IMG/VR virus record: IMGVR_UViG_3300020044_005136
Span: 1 to 61,383 of that record
DNA length: 61,383 nt
Source of the DNA: a virus
Taxonomy: Duplodnaviria > Caudoviricetes
Direction: 5' to 3' (one strand)
The position numbers were made by a program, and so were the translations under genes. Of this stretch, positions 35,143-45,255 are shown piece by piece (position 1 is the first letter of the stretch; each line of letters starts with the position of its first letter). The notes below the pieces were generated by a model that saw nothing but the letters and a program-made list of their open reading frames with translations, was not told the origin of the DNA and searched no databases.

Positions 35143-37926
35143 TTATTGATCTTGCAATTGCGATGTTGGTGGCGTGAAGTTTGCCAAATATCTAGCAACG
35201 TTTTTGGTAACCCGAAAATCTGAAATATACCCAAAAAATGTTTCAATGGTTGATCCGGGATAGCCGCTACCAATAGCGCAAGGATTTGCAGTTATCACGT
35301 AAGTGCCCGTCCCCTGACCATCTAACACACCGTTTAGATACAACTTAACATTGTTTGTACCTGACCCGCTGCGAACCAATGCAACGTGGTACCAAGTATT
35401 TAAAACTAGCGCAGTTGTGCAAGTAATAATACCCGTCTTTGTTCCAGCGCCGGGGCCACCACTATTTGAGCCGCCAAGCCAGAATTGAAGTTTAGACGAA
35501 GATGCCTGTATGCGAACTAAATTACTGTTTGGGTCGGTTGTACCAATACCAAAAACACCACGCTCTGAACCTGCAATAGTGGTTGGATATATCCAGCACT
35601 CCATAGTAAAGTCGGCAACCAATTCAAAATTGGTGCTTGATGGGAACACAACATAATCGCTAGTGCCATCAAATAACATACTGCTAGGACCGTATCTTTT
35701 CACCGCTGTACTTATCTGGGCGCTATTAATAGTTTCGCCAACATTTTTAGCTGTGCTGTCTAAAATACCGGCATTGGTAAAATTAATAAGTAACGCTGTA
35801 TTAGCAATTGCAGTTGGCGGTGCCGTCGGAACGGTAATGGTTGTATTTGTGTAACCATATACATCCGCTTTTACTAACCTCAAACCAGATATGTAACCAC
35901 TCCATGTGGGACTACCACCATCATAACCAACTTGATAATTGGCTGTAGTATTAAAAGCATTAGATACGGTTCCGTTAGCAACACGCACGCCGTTTAAAAA
36001 TAAGCTAGCCTGATTTGTCCCAGTACCGCCCCTACAAGCAACTATGTGATTCCACTGATTTGCAACAGGTAGTGTTGTTGATGTTAAAAGAAAAGCACCC
36101 GCTCTTGCACCAATACCCCATGATGTTGTTGTGTTAAATCCAATTAATAGTTGGCCCGTAGTGGTAGAAGAATAAATAATTTCATTGCTTACTATTGCGC
36201 CAAAATAAATCCATGCTTCAAACGTAAACACACTATCTGGGGATAGGGCCGCCGTGCCCGTCAATGATAAATAGTCACTAGTTCCATCAAAATACCCGCT
36301 ACCGCCGATTGCCGATGGTGTGTAGGCAACTGCCGGTGCAAATGGGGCGAATGATTGAACTGCGGGATTACCGTTAACTGTTTCGGTAAAATTATTTGTA
36401 GAGTTATCTTTAAAACGGTTTGATTGGCAAGTCAATAATTTAACTGTTCCAGAAGGTACTGTTGTTGTTAATGGGTTTGTAGGAGTATAAAATACCGTAG
36501 TACCTAATACGCTACTTGATGTTGAATAAGTAGGAAAAACAGCCCCATTAATAACTCTTGCATTTGTAATATACCCACCTGCAAATGCAAAAGCACCATT
36601 TTTATTTGCCCCTATACCGCACCCAGTTTCATCAAAATTTGTACTTATAGAAATAGCATACGCGGAAAGAACTCCATTTAAAAACCCTCTTACTGTTGTT
36701 CCTGATCTTGTCCATACAATGTGGTTCCAAGTATTTTGGATTAACGCGGTGTCTCCTGTGGCAATAGTATTTGTTGATGTGGTAGCGTAAATGCACATAG
36801 TTTTACTAATAGCACCATTTGAAGCAGTTCCAAAAGCAATACCACTACCTGTGGTTGATGTCCCAATATGGGCTTGGTAATTACTATTTGCGGCAGCAGT
36901 AAAATACACAAAATACTCTACTGTAAAATCCGATGTGCCAAAATTAGTAATCCCAGCGGTAAGAGTTAAATAATCTCCCGTGCCATCAAAATAATTACTC
37001 CAGTACCCATCGGGTTGGCTAAACGGACTAAGCGATCCCTGCGTAGTATTGCCGGTTCTAGTGATCGTAAAGTTATTAGCCGACGAATCTAAAAACGTAT
37101 TGTTCTGTGCGCCGTTTGTACCTGTGCCATGCAGCAGCAGCGTAGTGCCTTTAAAGCTTGGATCGTACACAGGCCATGATTTAGTCTGCGTATAGTATGC
37201 GGCTTCGTCTAATGTCCATACACCGGGTACGGCAGCGCCTAATGCTGGATTAAGCTGTGCTGGGTTATTTGAGGGCAGATAAAAATTACTAACGGCAGCA
37301 GCCCCATTGACTGTAATAGTAGCGGGACTTGCACTTTGATCTACGATTGTAGCCGTTTGCAAACCTAAAAACTTAGTATTAGCATCATTGGCAAGTGGCA
37401 GTGAAGGAAAGCCAAAGTTGGCCGACGTTGTACTTGTGCCGCTGTATCTAGCAATATTAGATACCCGCAGGCTACTCATATAAAATTCTTTATTAACAAT
37501 ACTTCCGCCAGTATTCTCTGCGCCAATACCGTATTGCTGGGACCCACCAAAAGTTGAAGAATTACTGGCTGTTGTTGTAGATATACCGTTTACATATAAC
37601 CGCACCGTTCCACTTGTACGCACCAACGCCATATGATTCCAGCGATTTATAAATGGCATTGGAAGAGCAGGATTAATTGCCCAAGTGCCGGGCCAACCAA
37701 TAAGCATTTTTAATGCTTCTGTTGCTATATATGGGCCGGTTGTTACTCCCATATAATAAAAACCTTGGGTTGGTTGCGCAGTTAAATAAAGCCAAAACTC
37801 AACAGTAAAATCCGCAGTTAACCCCAAATCTTTTGTAAATGTTAAGTAGCTATTTACCCCGTTAAAATAAACAGAGTATCCGCTAGATGGGCCAATAATA
37901 AGATTACCCGGATATTTATCGCTCAT
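35143..37926 (-). CDS. Concanavalin A/LamG-repeat tail protein (about 4 domains)
   Basis: Repeated YFDG..DYL, DFTVE.W, WNH...R, NFTPPT motifs. Confidence 0.85.
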   Translation of the reverse strand: MSDKYPGNLIIGPSSGYSVYFNGVNSYLTFTKDLGLTADFTVEFWLYLTAQPTQGFYYMGVTTGPYIATEALKMLIGWPGTWAINPALPMPFINRWNHMALVRTSGTVRLYVNGISTTTASNSSTFGGSQQYGIGAENTGGSIVNKEFYMSSLRVSNIARYSGTSTTSANFGFPSLPLANDANTKFLGLQTATIVDQSASPATITVNGAAAVSNFYLPSNNPAQLNPALGAAVPGVWTLDEAAYYTQTKSWPVYDPSFKGTTLLLHGTGTNGAQNNTFLDSSANNFTITRTGNTTQGSLSPFSQPDGYWSNYFDGTGDYLTLTAGITNFGTSDFTVEYFVYFTAAANSNYQAHIGTSTTGSGIAFGTASNGAISKTMCIYATTSTNTIATGDTALIQNTWNHIVWTRSGTTVRGFLNGVLSAYAISISTNFDETGCGIGANKNGAFAFAGGYITNARVINGAVFPTYSTSSSVLGTTVFYTPTNPLTTTVPSGTVKLLTCQSNRFKDNSTNNFTETVNGNPAVQSFAPFAPAVAYTPSAIGGSGYFDGTSDYLSLTGTAALSPDSVFTFEAWIYFGAIVSNEIIYSSTTTGQLLIGFNTTTSWGIGARAGAFLLTSTTLPVANQWNHIVACRGGTGTNQASLFLNGVRVANGTVSNAFNTTANYQVGYDGGSPTWSGYISGLRLVKADVYGYTNTTITVPTAPPTAIANTALLINFTNAGILDSTAKNVGETINSAQISTAVKRYGPSSMLFDGTSDYVVFPSSTNFELVADFTMECWIYPTTIAGSERGVFGIGTTDPNSNLVRIQASSSKLQFWLGGSNSGGPGAGTKTGIITCTTALVLNTWYHVALVRSGSGTNNVKLYLNGVLDGQGTGTYVITANPCAIGSGYPGSTIETFFGYISDFRVTKNVARYLANFTPPTSQLQDQ

Positions 37927-37934
37927 TGTTTATC

Positions 37935-40034
37935 CTATTGCCGTGCAAATGCGATTTGTGGTGGGGTAAATGAATCTAAGTACCGCGCAGCTTTTGTAAT
38001 TCTAACGTCGTCCATATACCCAAGCATAGGATCGCCAGCCACTCTGTTCGCGCCAACATAGAGCACCTCAGTTTGAGAGAAGTCTGTCGTAATTGCTGTT
38101 GCACTTGAAGCCTGCAATGCCCCGTTTAGGTATATTTTTATATTGCCAACAGCAGAACCAGCCCGAACCATCGCAAAATGGTACCAAGTATTAATTAGAA
38201 TTGGCACTGTGCCTGTTAAGTTTGTTGCTGTATACGATGCTTGTAAAAAGTTTCCGCTAGTAATATTTACTGACCACCCTGTTGTTGCTGTTCCCTTACT
38301 AACCAATCCCCGCGCAGTACCTAATGCTGACAAGTAAAACCAACCTTCAACAGTAAAATTTCCTGTGCGCATTTGCAAATCTAAACTATTTGGTGCAATT
38401 ACCCAATCACCAGTACCATCAAATGCCATTGAGCCAGAGCCAAACTTTTTAACGCTTGTACTTACTTGAGCGTTGTTGGCAGTTTCTAAATTATTTTTTT
38501 GCGAACCGTCAACAATACCAACGTTGGTATTTTTAAGTAATAGACTGGTGTTCGTAATTACAGTCAAAGGTGCGGTTGGTGGGGTAAAATTGGCTGTGTA
38601 GACAGCAGTACCATTTACTACTCGTAAATCTACTATGTATCCTTGAGATCCAAATTCCGCAGAAGCTGCGTAATCTTTGTTATTAGTAAGAAATACATTA
38701 ATTCCTGATGATCCGTTGATGGTTCCACTGATTGTAAATGTGTTTGGATCAACTACTCCATTAATGTAATATTTTAGTGTAGTACCAGTTCTGACTACTG
38801 CCAAATGATTCCAAGCATTTGCTGGAATTCTGGTTGCGCCTTGGCGATTAGTACCAGCAGTGTAAAAGTTCAGCAAAAATCCATTGGAATACCCAGTAAT
38901 ATTCCATACCCAGTTTTGGGCTGTGCCACCAGTATTTCTAGCATCCATCAGCCCCCAATCTCCAGTTGTAGTAACCGTCGAATATGCCCATGCCTCCAGA
39001 GTAAAATCTCCAGTAAAGGTAATAAGACTAGCTGATGATATCGTTGCAAGATAATCAGTTCTTATCTTATACGTGCTACCTCCTGTAACTGCTGGCGAAT
39101 ATGCGTACTGCGGGGTGGATGGTGTGAATAATTGTACTGCTGGGTTGCCATTAACAGTAAGAGTAAAATTATTTGTTGAATTATCTTTAAAACGGTTTGA
39201 TTGGCAGGTTAATAATTGAACTGTTCCAGAAGGTACTGTTGTTGTTAATGGTGCAGTTGGCGGAGTAAAGTTTGCCGTATAAACTGCTGAATTTGTTAAC
39301 CTAAAATTAGATAAAAATCCTTGCATTTGGTTATCGTAATAACCTCTACCAATACTCCATCCAGAAAAATTAAAAGAATCGGAATTTGTTACTGTGCTTT
39401 CAGAAATTCCATTAACGTATAATTTAAAAGATGTTCCAGACCGAACATAAGCAACATGATACCAAGAACCGTATTCGGCGATTGTAGTTGAAAGAAGAAT
39501 TTCACTACTCCCATCTTTCCACCATGCGAATTTTTTTGCAGAAGTGAATGTTGGCCCGTTTGATGTTGTACCTGTTCCAACCAATTTAAAAATTCCATAA
39601 TTATTATTACCATTTGGGTTTATCCAAAACTCAATAGTAAAATTGCCGGTGCTAACATTTAATGCTGCACTTGTTGGAATTGTTAAATAATCACCAGCGC
39701 CATCAAAATAATTACTCCAGTACCCATTGGGCTGGCTATATGGACTAAATGATCCTTGCGTTTGGGTGCCGGTTCTAGTAATCGGATAATTGTTTGTGCT
39801 GCTATCTAAGAATGTATTATTCTGCGATGCGTTAGCAACATTGTCTGCTTGCAGTAATAACGTAGTGTTTTTAAAGTTTGGATCAGTGCACCATTGATTA
39901 GCTGCAACGGATTCAAAAGCAGATTGAGTTGTAAACATACCCTGAGTTTGGGCAACATTAGTTCCGGGGCCTACGTTAGCCGCTAACGGATTGTATGCCG
40001 AGGATACATATCCCCCAAGGTATCTTAAGCTCAT
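37935..40034 (-). CDS. Concanavalin A/LamG-repeat tail protein (about 3 domains), paralogue of 35143-37926
   Basis: Same repeated motifs; shared DNA tracts. Confidence 0.85.
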   Translation of the reverse strand: MSLRYLGGYVSSAYNPLAANVGPGTNVAQTQGMFTTQSAFESVAANQWCTDPNFKNTTLLLQADNVANASQNNTFLDSSTNNYPITRTGTQTQGSFSPYSQPNGYWSNYFDGAGDYLTIPTSAALNVSTGNFTIEFWINPNGNNNYGIFKLVGTGTTSNGPTFTSAKKFAWWKDGSSEILLSTTIAEYGSWYHVAYVRSGTSFKLYVNGISESTVTNSDSFNFSGWSIGRGYYDNQMQGFLSNFRLTNSAVYTANFTPPTAPLTTTVPSGTVQLLTCQSNRFKDNSTNNFTLTVNGNPAVQLFTPSTPQYAYSPAVTGGSTYKIRTDYLATISSASLITFTGDFTLEAWAYSTVTTTGDWGLMDARNTGGTAQNWVWNITGYSNGFLLNFYTAGTNRQGATRIPANAWNHLAVVRTGTTLKYYINGVVDPNTFTISGTINGSSGINVFLTNNKDYAASAEFGSQGYIVDLRVVNGTAVYTANFTPPTAPLTVITNTSLLLKNTNVGIVDGSQKNNLETANNAQVSTSVKKFGSGSMAFDGTGDWVIAPNSLDLQMRTGNFTVEGWFYLSALGTARGLVSKGTATTGWSVNITSGNFLQASYTATNLTGTVPILINTWYHFAMVRAGSAVGNIKIYLNGALQASSATAITTDFSQTEVLYVGANRVAGDPMLGYMDDVRITKAARYLDSFTPPQIAFARQ

Positions 40035-40035
40035 A

Positions 40036-40437
40036 TTAGGTAATCACTTCAAAAGTAGCAATGACGTTCAGCGCACTAGCTGTCCCAACAATAACACCAA
40101 CAGATTGGTTCTCAGTTACATAAAAACCTGTTGTCTTATCCGTTACGATCAACGTAGCTCCTGCCGGCACAGTAATCTGGTAAGCAATATAGTAGGCCGT
40201 ACCGCTTGCGTAGGTAGGATTATTTGACACACCAATTGTAATTGTTGCAGCAGAAGCCGTTACGTTAGATACCGTAATTCCTGTAATTTTATTTACAGTA
40301 CCTGCTGCTGGCGTCAATCCTGTTAGTGCTGTTGTGCCGTTATAAGTCCATGCAACGCTTACTGTAGTAGCACTTGGAATTACATACGCGGTATTGCCGT
40401 ATATGCTTGTAAGGGCTGCAATATTGGGGTTAGCCAT
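40036..40437 (-). CDS. Small tail-associated structural protein (MANPNI family)
   Basis: Beta-rich 133-aa ORF in the tail module. Confidence 0.65.
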   Translation of the reverse strand: MANPNIAALTSIYGNTAYVIPSATTVSVAWTYNGTTALTGLTPAAGTVNKITGITVSNVTASAATITIGVSNNPTYASGTAYYIAYQITVPAGATLIVTDKTTGFYVTENQSVGVIVGTASALNVIATFEVIT

Positions 40438-40446
40438 AAGTTACTC

Positions 40447-41409
40447 CTAGAATCCTAAAGTCATTGAATACGCTATAGCAGCCGCTTTTGTTACGCCACC
40501 ACCACCGCCACCAGCAGTTGCCCAAGATAGGGTGCCACTACCATTAGTTGAAAGAACTTGCCCAGTTGTACCATCAGCACTTGGTAATGTGTACGTTACA
40601 GTCCCCGCCACAGCCGCAGGAGACAAGCCAACATATCCGCTTGTAGCACCAGATAACCGCAGTGTACCTTTAACATCAAGCTGGCTACCCGGAGTTGTGG
40701 TGTTAAGGCCAAAGTATCCTGTGCTGTTATTAAACCTACCTACTTCACCACCGTTAGCAACAAAGGTTAGTGGTAGATACGTACCGGAGCCATTAATACC
40801 TGACACAACTTCAGCAGCCGTTGCGGTCGCAGCAATGAGAATCTTACCTGCATTGGTTGGGTCGCTATTGTTTGTAGCCTGCCACGATGCAGCTTGCGAT
40901 GTGCCATTAGGTAAAGCGTAAATACCTGTTGATGTATTTATTAAGCTGGATTGGAACGAGTACCGATCCGTAACAGTGCCATTATAAAAGTCAGCTTGGA
41001 ACCTACTGCCAGTACCAGTAAACGTAGCGCCATTACTACAATTTAGCGCATTCATAAAACTCGTACCGGGAATGGTAACGTTACCACTTACATCTTGATT
41101 GACTGATTTTTCAGCAGCATATGTTACGAATACTTCTTTAGCCCCAGCGGTAAACGTAACAATAAGGTTACTGTTAGAAGAAGAGAGAACAATAGTGCGA
41201 GATAGCGTTGTGCCAGAAGATGTGTACGTGCCAACACCCACTTCCCACTCATTAGTGCCGGGGTTGGTAATTGTGTAGAACGTAGTATTTCCGTTACCTA
41301 TAGCAGCAAAGGATTGAAACCCAGTAGCCGCACCTAGCAACGTAATAGGCGAAGTTGTTCCTGTGAAGGAGCTTGTTTCTTTTACGCGATCAGCTAGAAC
41401 CAATGCCAT
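40447..41409 (-). CDS. Tail fibre-like protein (MALVLADRVKET family)
   Basis: DRVKET..WEVG.G..L.R N-terminus; LPSADGT.GQVL.TNGSG.LSW motif. Confidence 0.7.
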   Translation of the reverse strand: MALVLADRVKETSSFTGTTSPITLLGAATGFQSFAAIGNGNTTFYTITNPGTNEWEVGVGTYTSSGTTLSRTIVLSSSNSNLIVTFTAGAKEVFVTYAAEKSVNQDVSGNVTIPGTSFMNALNCSNGATFTGTGSRFQADFYNGTVTDRYSFQSSLINTSTGIYALPNGTSQAASWQATNNSDPTNAGKILIAATATAAEVVSGINGSGTYLPLTFVANGGEVGRFNNSTGYFGLNTTTPGSQLDVKGTLRLSGATSGYVGLSPAAVAGTVTYTLPSADGTTGQVLSTNGSGTLSWATAGGGGGGVTKAAAIAYSMTLGF

Positions 41410-41418
41410 AATAATTCC

Positions 41419-42483
41419 TTACATGTTAATCGTGTTCCAATTCGGCACTTGCGTTGTATCTATCGGCTCGAATTTAAAGAACGGGGTAAACTCACTTGTA
41501 AACGCTATCCTTGCTGAAAGAGAGGAATTCAGTATCGCAGAAGAATTATTAATGCCGGTCAAGTTAGCTGTTTCACTTACATTAGAAATCAAGGTAGCAA
41601 TTGTTGTAGCACTATCTACAGCGGCTATAGACTCAGCGATAAGTAAATTTATACCACCTGAATCTACAATACCTGCTATGGCTGCGGTTTCAGAAACAGC
41701 TTCAGCGTAAGGGAACCCGCCATTCTCTTCCGTAGTAAATACAACTGTTTCATTTACTTGGTTGTTTAGTTCTGATGTTCCTTCGAACGTATCTTGCAGT
41801 AACGTGTATTCATTTACATTAACAAACTGTTCGTTAATGTTGTACTGATCTTCAATAAACGATGCGCTCTCATTGATTGTCTCAGCGCCGCCACTACCAT
41901 TCGTGGCATCTGTAGCAAGAATGGACTCAGCGATAGTTCCGCTAAACAGTAAATTACCTGCTTGTGAATCCGCAAAAGTTGCAGTGTCAGACAGAGCAAC
42001 TATAAAGTTTGCTAGAGATGCTTGTGAATCTGCGAGAACCGAAGACTCTGAAATAGCCGCTAAGAAATCACCTACAGAGAACAGCGTATCAGTACCAGTA
42101 ATGGACTCATTAACAAAAGAGTTAAAGGCATTATCTGTATTCTGTTCATCAAGCAGTGCAGCAGATTCTGAAATAGAACCAGCAAATACAACGCTACCAT
42201 TCTGCGTATCAGTGGCAGTAATTAAATCTGAAAGGCTTTCTACAAAATCAGCTAGCGCGATCTGTGCAGCATCTAATACCGCTGCTTCTGTTATAGAGTC
42301 AACAAAGTCAGCTAACGAATCTTGAATGTCAGTAAGCAGGACTTGCTCACTAACTGCGGAAGCATACGTAATAATTGCGTCTTCAGTTTCTGAAACTAAT
42401 ATAGCCTCAGCAACATCAGCGTTATACGTAGCTCCGCTTAGTGAAGAAAAAGGCGTTTCGGCAAAAGATGAGATACCAAACAT
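41419..42483 (-). CDS. Acidic repeat-rich structural protein
   Basis: MFGISSFAETPFS N-terminus; ~20-aa [IV]SES...D repeats. Confidence 0.7.
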   Translation of the reverse strand: MFGISSFAETPFSSLSGATYNADVAEAILVSETEDAIITYASAVSEQVLLTDIQDSLADFVDSITEAAVLDAAQIALADFVESLSDLITATDTQNGSVVFAGSISESAALLDEQNTDNAFNSFVNESITGTDTLFSVGDFLAAISESSVLADSQASLANFIVALSDTATFADSQAGNLLFSGTIAESILATDATNGSGGAETINESASFIEDQYNINEQFVNVNEYTLLQDTFEGTSELNNQVNETVVFTTEENGGFPYAEAVSETAAIAGIVDSGGINLLIAESIAAVDSATTIATLISNVSETANLTGINNSSAILNSSLSARIAFTSEFTPFFKFEPIDTTQVPNWNTINM

Positions 42484-42502
42484 GCGTTACGCCTTTTAGC
42501 TT

Positions 42503-42679
42503 TTAACCAGCAACCAATACGTCTTCTCTAAACCAACGATTTTGCGTGGCACCATTCTCATCAATCCATGAAATAAGGCAGTAGATAACCCCATCTTCAT
42601 CCATGCGATAAGCCTCAACTGGGCCTGATGGGACCACGGTATTAACCTTTACGGTTTGACCCTTAGTAAAATTAGCCAT
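42503..42679 (-). CDS. Small hypothetical protein (58 aa, MANFTKGQTVKV...)
   Basis: Read manually; AGGGGG RBS; fills the gap between structural genes. Confidence 0.65.
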   Translation of the reverse strand: MANFTKGQTVKVNTVVPSGPVEAYRMDEDGVIYCLISWIDENGATQNRWFREDVLVAG

Positions 42680-42690
42680 GTAGCCCCCTA

Positions 42691-43257
42691 TTACGCAGCG
42701 TCAGCAGAGAAGCTGTACGTTACATTAAGTGTATCGCCACTGATAACAGCGCGGTTGCCGCCAGTAAAGTTACCTTCTGAGAACAGGATACCTGCTGTAC
42801 CGCTCTTAGTGGCCGAAGTAGAAACGAATGCACCACCAATAGTAGCCGAAGCATTGATCGTAAACGTAACCGACGAAGCAGTAATCACCGATGGGTCAGC
42901 AGTGGTAGAACCACCGAAAGCCAAAGTAGGACGAGCAGCCTGCGTGTAGCTGACGTTCTCAGTCCAACCACCGTGAATTGCCATCGTATCGCCAGCAGAG
43001 AACGTAGCGCTTGAGTTAATCAGGCCAAGATACCAAGTAGCGTTGTACGAAGAGCCCGAGAAGTATTTATCGTTCAGGTCTTTAAGGCCGACGTTAACAA
43101 CCAAGTTATGGAAGTCTTCCGCCCATTTAGAATTGCCTTCTGCATCAAAGCACTCTACATGGTAAACACCACCAAATTTAATATGATCATCACTGCCAGC
43201 ACCTTTCAGTACGTCGGCGGAGACAATATCCATAGCTTTTGTCTTTGAATCAAACAT
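42691..43257 (-). CDS. Structural protein
   Basis: NLVVNVG..WYLGL..GDTLNVTY family motif; AAGGAG RBS. Confidence 0.7.
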   Translation of the reverse strand: MFDSKTKAMDIVSADVLKGAGSDDHIKFGGVYHVECFDAEGNSKWAEDFHNLVVNVGLKDLNDKYFSGSSYNATWYLGLINSSATFSAGDTMAIHGGWTENVSYTQAARPTLAFGGSTTADPSVITASSVTFTINASATIGGAFVSTSATKSGTAGILFSEGNFTGGNRAVISGDTLNVTYSFSADAA

Positions 43258-43266
43258 AGTAACTCC

Positions 43267-43686
43267 TTAAGTTATGCGAATTAGCGCCGAGGACGCTGTG
43301 TTAGCTGGCAAAGTTATTGTAAACGTGTTGGTCGATATCTTATCCGAACCAAAGTCTAATACTGCAATAGACTTATTACTCTTACTTGAGTTGTAAATCA
43401 AAGCTCCACGAGCCGTAAAAGCTCCTGGATCCCATTCTGGATTATCAAAATTAACATACGCGATTAACCCAGAAACATTGACGGACACATTAGTTAGTAG
43501 AATACCACCTGCTGTGTACCCTGTCCCAGTAATTTGCCCGGAGGTTGCTACCGAATACTCCGTCGTATCTGGGCCTAAAGATGCAAGTGCCGTATAAAGT
43601 GCGATATACAGAGAATCTGTTTGTAGGTTGTGTTGACCTAGCAGAATCTGCTGTTTAAAACTTGTTGTTAGTCCTTGCTGGATCAT
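43267..43686 (-). CDS. Structural protein
   Basis: SFK..LL..H..ALYT..GYTAGG..GALIYN..VLDFG motif. Confidence 0.7.
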   Translation of the reverse strand: MIQQGLTTSFKQQILLGQHNLQTDSLYIALYTALASLGPDTTEYSVATSGQITGTGYTAGGILLTNVSVNVSGLIAYVNFDNPEWDPGAFTARGALIYNSSKSNKSIAVLDFGSDKISTNTFTITLPANTASSALIRIT

Positions 43687-44378
43687 GTGACTTGTACCCT
43701 AGCTTGACCAGAGCGGTAAGCATCGCTGCGCTCCAGACCATCACCCAGACGTTTCAGCATAGCCAATGCGTCACCATACCGTGATGTATACATACTTATT
43801 AAATCAGGCTCACTCTTTAGGAAAGCCGCAGCCTCCATGAGCGCACCATATAGCAACGCAGAATCAAAGTTATCACCAAGCCATGTTGTGCCGGCAGTAA
43901 CAATGCTTTCTGGATAGTAGTAATAATGTAATTCTACAAAGTAGCTTGCATCCGGCGTGGGCCCAAGAATAAAACTTAGCTCATCCGTGATTGTAGAGTT
44001 GGTTACGTAGGGGCCAAAGATAGCGTAGTACTTTGGCTTGCCTGTGCTACCAGGATTTGGGTATGACTCACGAATAAAGTTAACATCCTTATTCAGAAGG
44101 AACTCATACTCTTCATTAGTAGAGCCATAGCCACTAATAACCGCAATGGAATACACCGATAAAAAATCATCAGGTGCAGCCATATACTTATTGTTGATTG
44201 ATGCAGAACCAATAATATTCTTGCGCAACGGCGGAAGCTGAACAGAGTTATAAATACGCTGTTCAGCCTGCTTAATAAACGTGTCTATCTGATCGGTAGA
44301 CGTAAATGATCCTACCGTTGCCGGGAAGTCATTCTCGCAATACCCCTTGATAGCTGACGAAAGCTGCGCGTAGTTCAT
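43683..44378 (-). CDS. Head-tail adaptor / tail tubular-like protein
   Basis: MNY.QL..I..FI.QAE.RI, GPTPD, LLYG.L.EA motifs. Confidence 0.65.
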   Translation of the reverse strand: MNYAQLSSAIKGYCENDFPATVGSFTSTDQIDTFIKQAEQRIYNSVQLPPLRKNIIGSASINNKYMAAPDDFLSVYSIAVISGYGSTNEEYEFLLNKDVNFIRESYPNPGSTGKPKYYAIFGPYVTNSTITDELSFILGPTPDASYFVELHYYYYPESIVTAGTTWLGDNFDSALLYGALMEAAAFLKSEPDLISMYTSRYGDALAMLKRLGDGLERSDAYRSGQARVQVT

Positions 44379-44380
44379 GC

Positions 44381-44650
44381 TTATGCCATTGGTCCACGGG
44401 ACATTACGCCCTTAGTTGCCGCGCCAGTACCACGCATTTTAATGCCAGTGGTCTTAACATCATCAGCACCAGGATCACCTGCGCTTACACGTTGAACGCC
44501 TTCACGGGGCCCAAGCTGACGTGCATTCAGCGTACTAGGATCAACCTTCTTTGTTGGCTTCATATCTTTACCGTCCATCGTATGGGGTTTGGCATATACA
44601 GCAGCAGAGCCTACTTCTTTGCCCATTAGCTTTTGCGAAAACTTAGCCAT
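44381..44650 (-). CDS. Small basic virion-associated protein (RGTGAATKG)
   Basis: ORF with RGxGAAxKG motif. Confidence 0.7.
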   Translation of the reverse strand: MAKFSQKLMGKEVGSAAVYAKPHTMDGKDMKPTKKVDPSTLNARQLGPREGVQRVSAGDPGADDVKTTGIKMRGTGAATKGVMSRGPMA

Positions 44651-44814
44651 TATCGGCCTCTCGAACCAGACTTTTGATTAGCAACGCGAGCCAGATTACG
44701 CCCCATACGCTTCATATCAATACTAGCTACACCGCCTTTTTTCATGCCGTGCATTTTCTTTTCGTGGACCTTAACTTCTTTATCCGCGATCTTCTTAACT
44801 TCTTTCTTGTCCAT
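44650..44814 (-). CDS. Small basic protein (54 aa, MDKKEVKK...HEKKMHGMKKGGV)
   Basis: Read manually; AGGAG RBS; stop overlaps the next start. Confidence 0.7.
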   Translation of the reverse strand: MDKKEVKKIADKEVKVHEKKMHGMKKGGVASIDMKRMGRNLARVANQKSGSRGR

Positions 44815-44823
44815 ATCAGACTC

Positions 44824-45252
44824 CTATGTAGTCGTAATCGTTACGTTGCTTACCAGACCAGGCGCTACCAAATAGTTAGGTGTTAACCCATCATCATTGG
44901 AACTTGCCCCACCAACAGGCCACCATCCCCACTGAAATATCCTGCTACCACCTTCAGGCATACCAAAAGCATTTACATTTGTTGGCGGTGTCTGCGTTAA
45001 CTGCAACCCGCTATATCCTGACTGCCTATAACTTGTATCTGGCCGTGGCTCCCTAACTGCCTGTGGGTCACTAACAGGATACAAGCCCAAAGAAAGCTGT
45101 GGCTGATCCGGTTCCCAGCAAGATGGACATACCTTAATACTAACCTGCTTAGTCTTAATAGTCAGCTTTTTAAGCTCTTTCAGCTTGTATCTAAAACCAC
45201 ATCGGTCACACTCTGCAATGCTGTGTTTACCACTAGCGTATTTACTTCCCAT
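44824..45252 (-). CDS. Conserved Cys-containing morphogenesis protein
   Basis: ASGK..CDRCGF..VCxxCWE..PQ..RP motif. Confidence 0.75.
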   Translation of the reverse strand: MGSKYASGKHSIAECDRCGFRYKLKELKKLTIKTKQVSIKVCPSCWEPDQPQLSLGLYPVSDPQAVREPRPDTSYRQSGYSGLQLTQTPPTNVNAFGMPEGGSRIFQWGWWPVGGASSNDDGLTPNYLVAPGLVSNVTITTT

Positions 45253-45255
45253 ACA

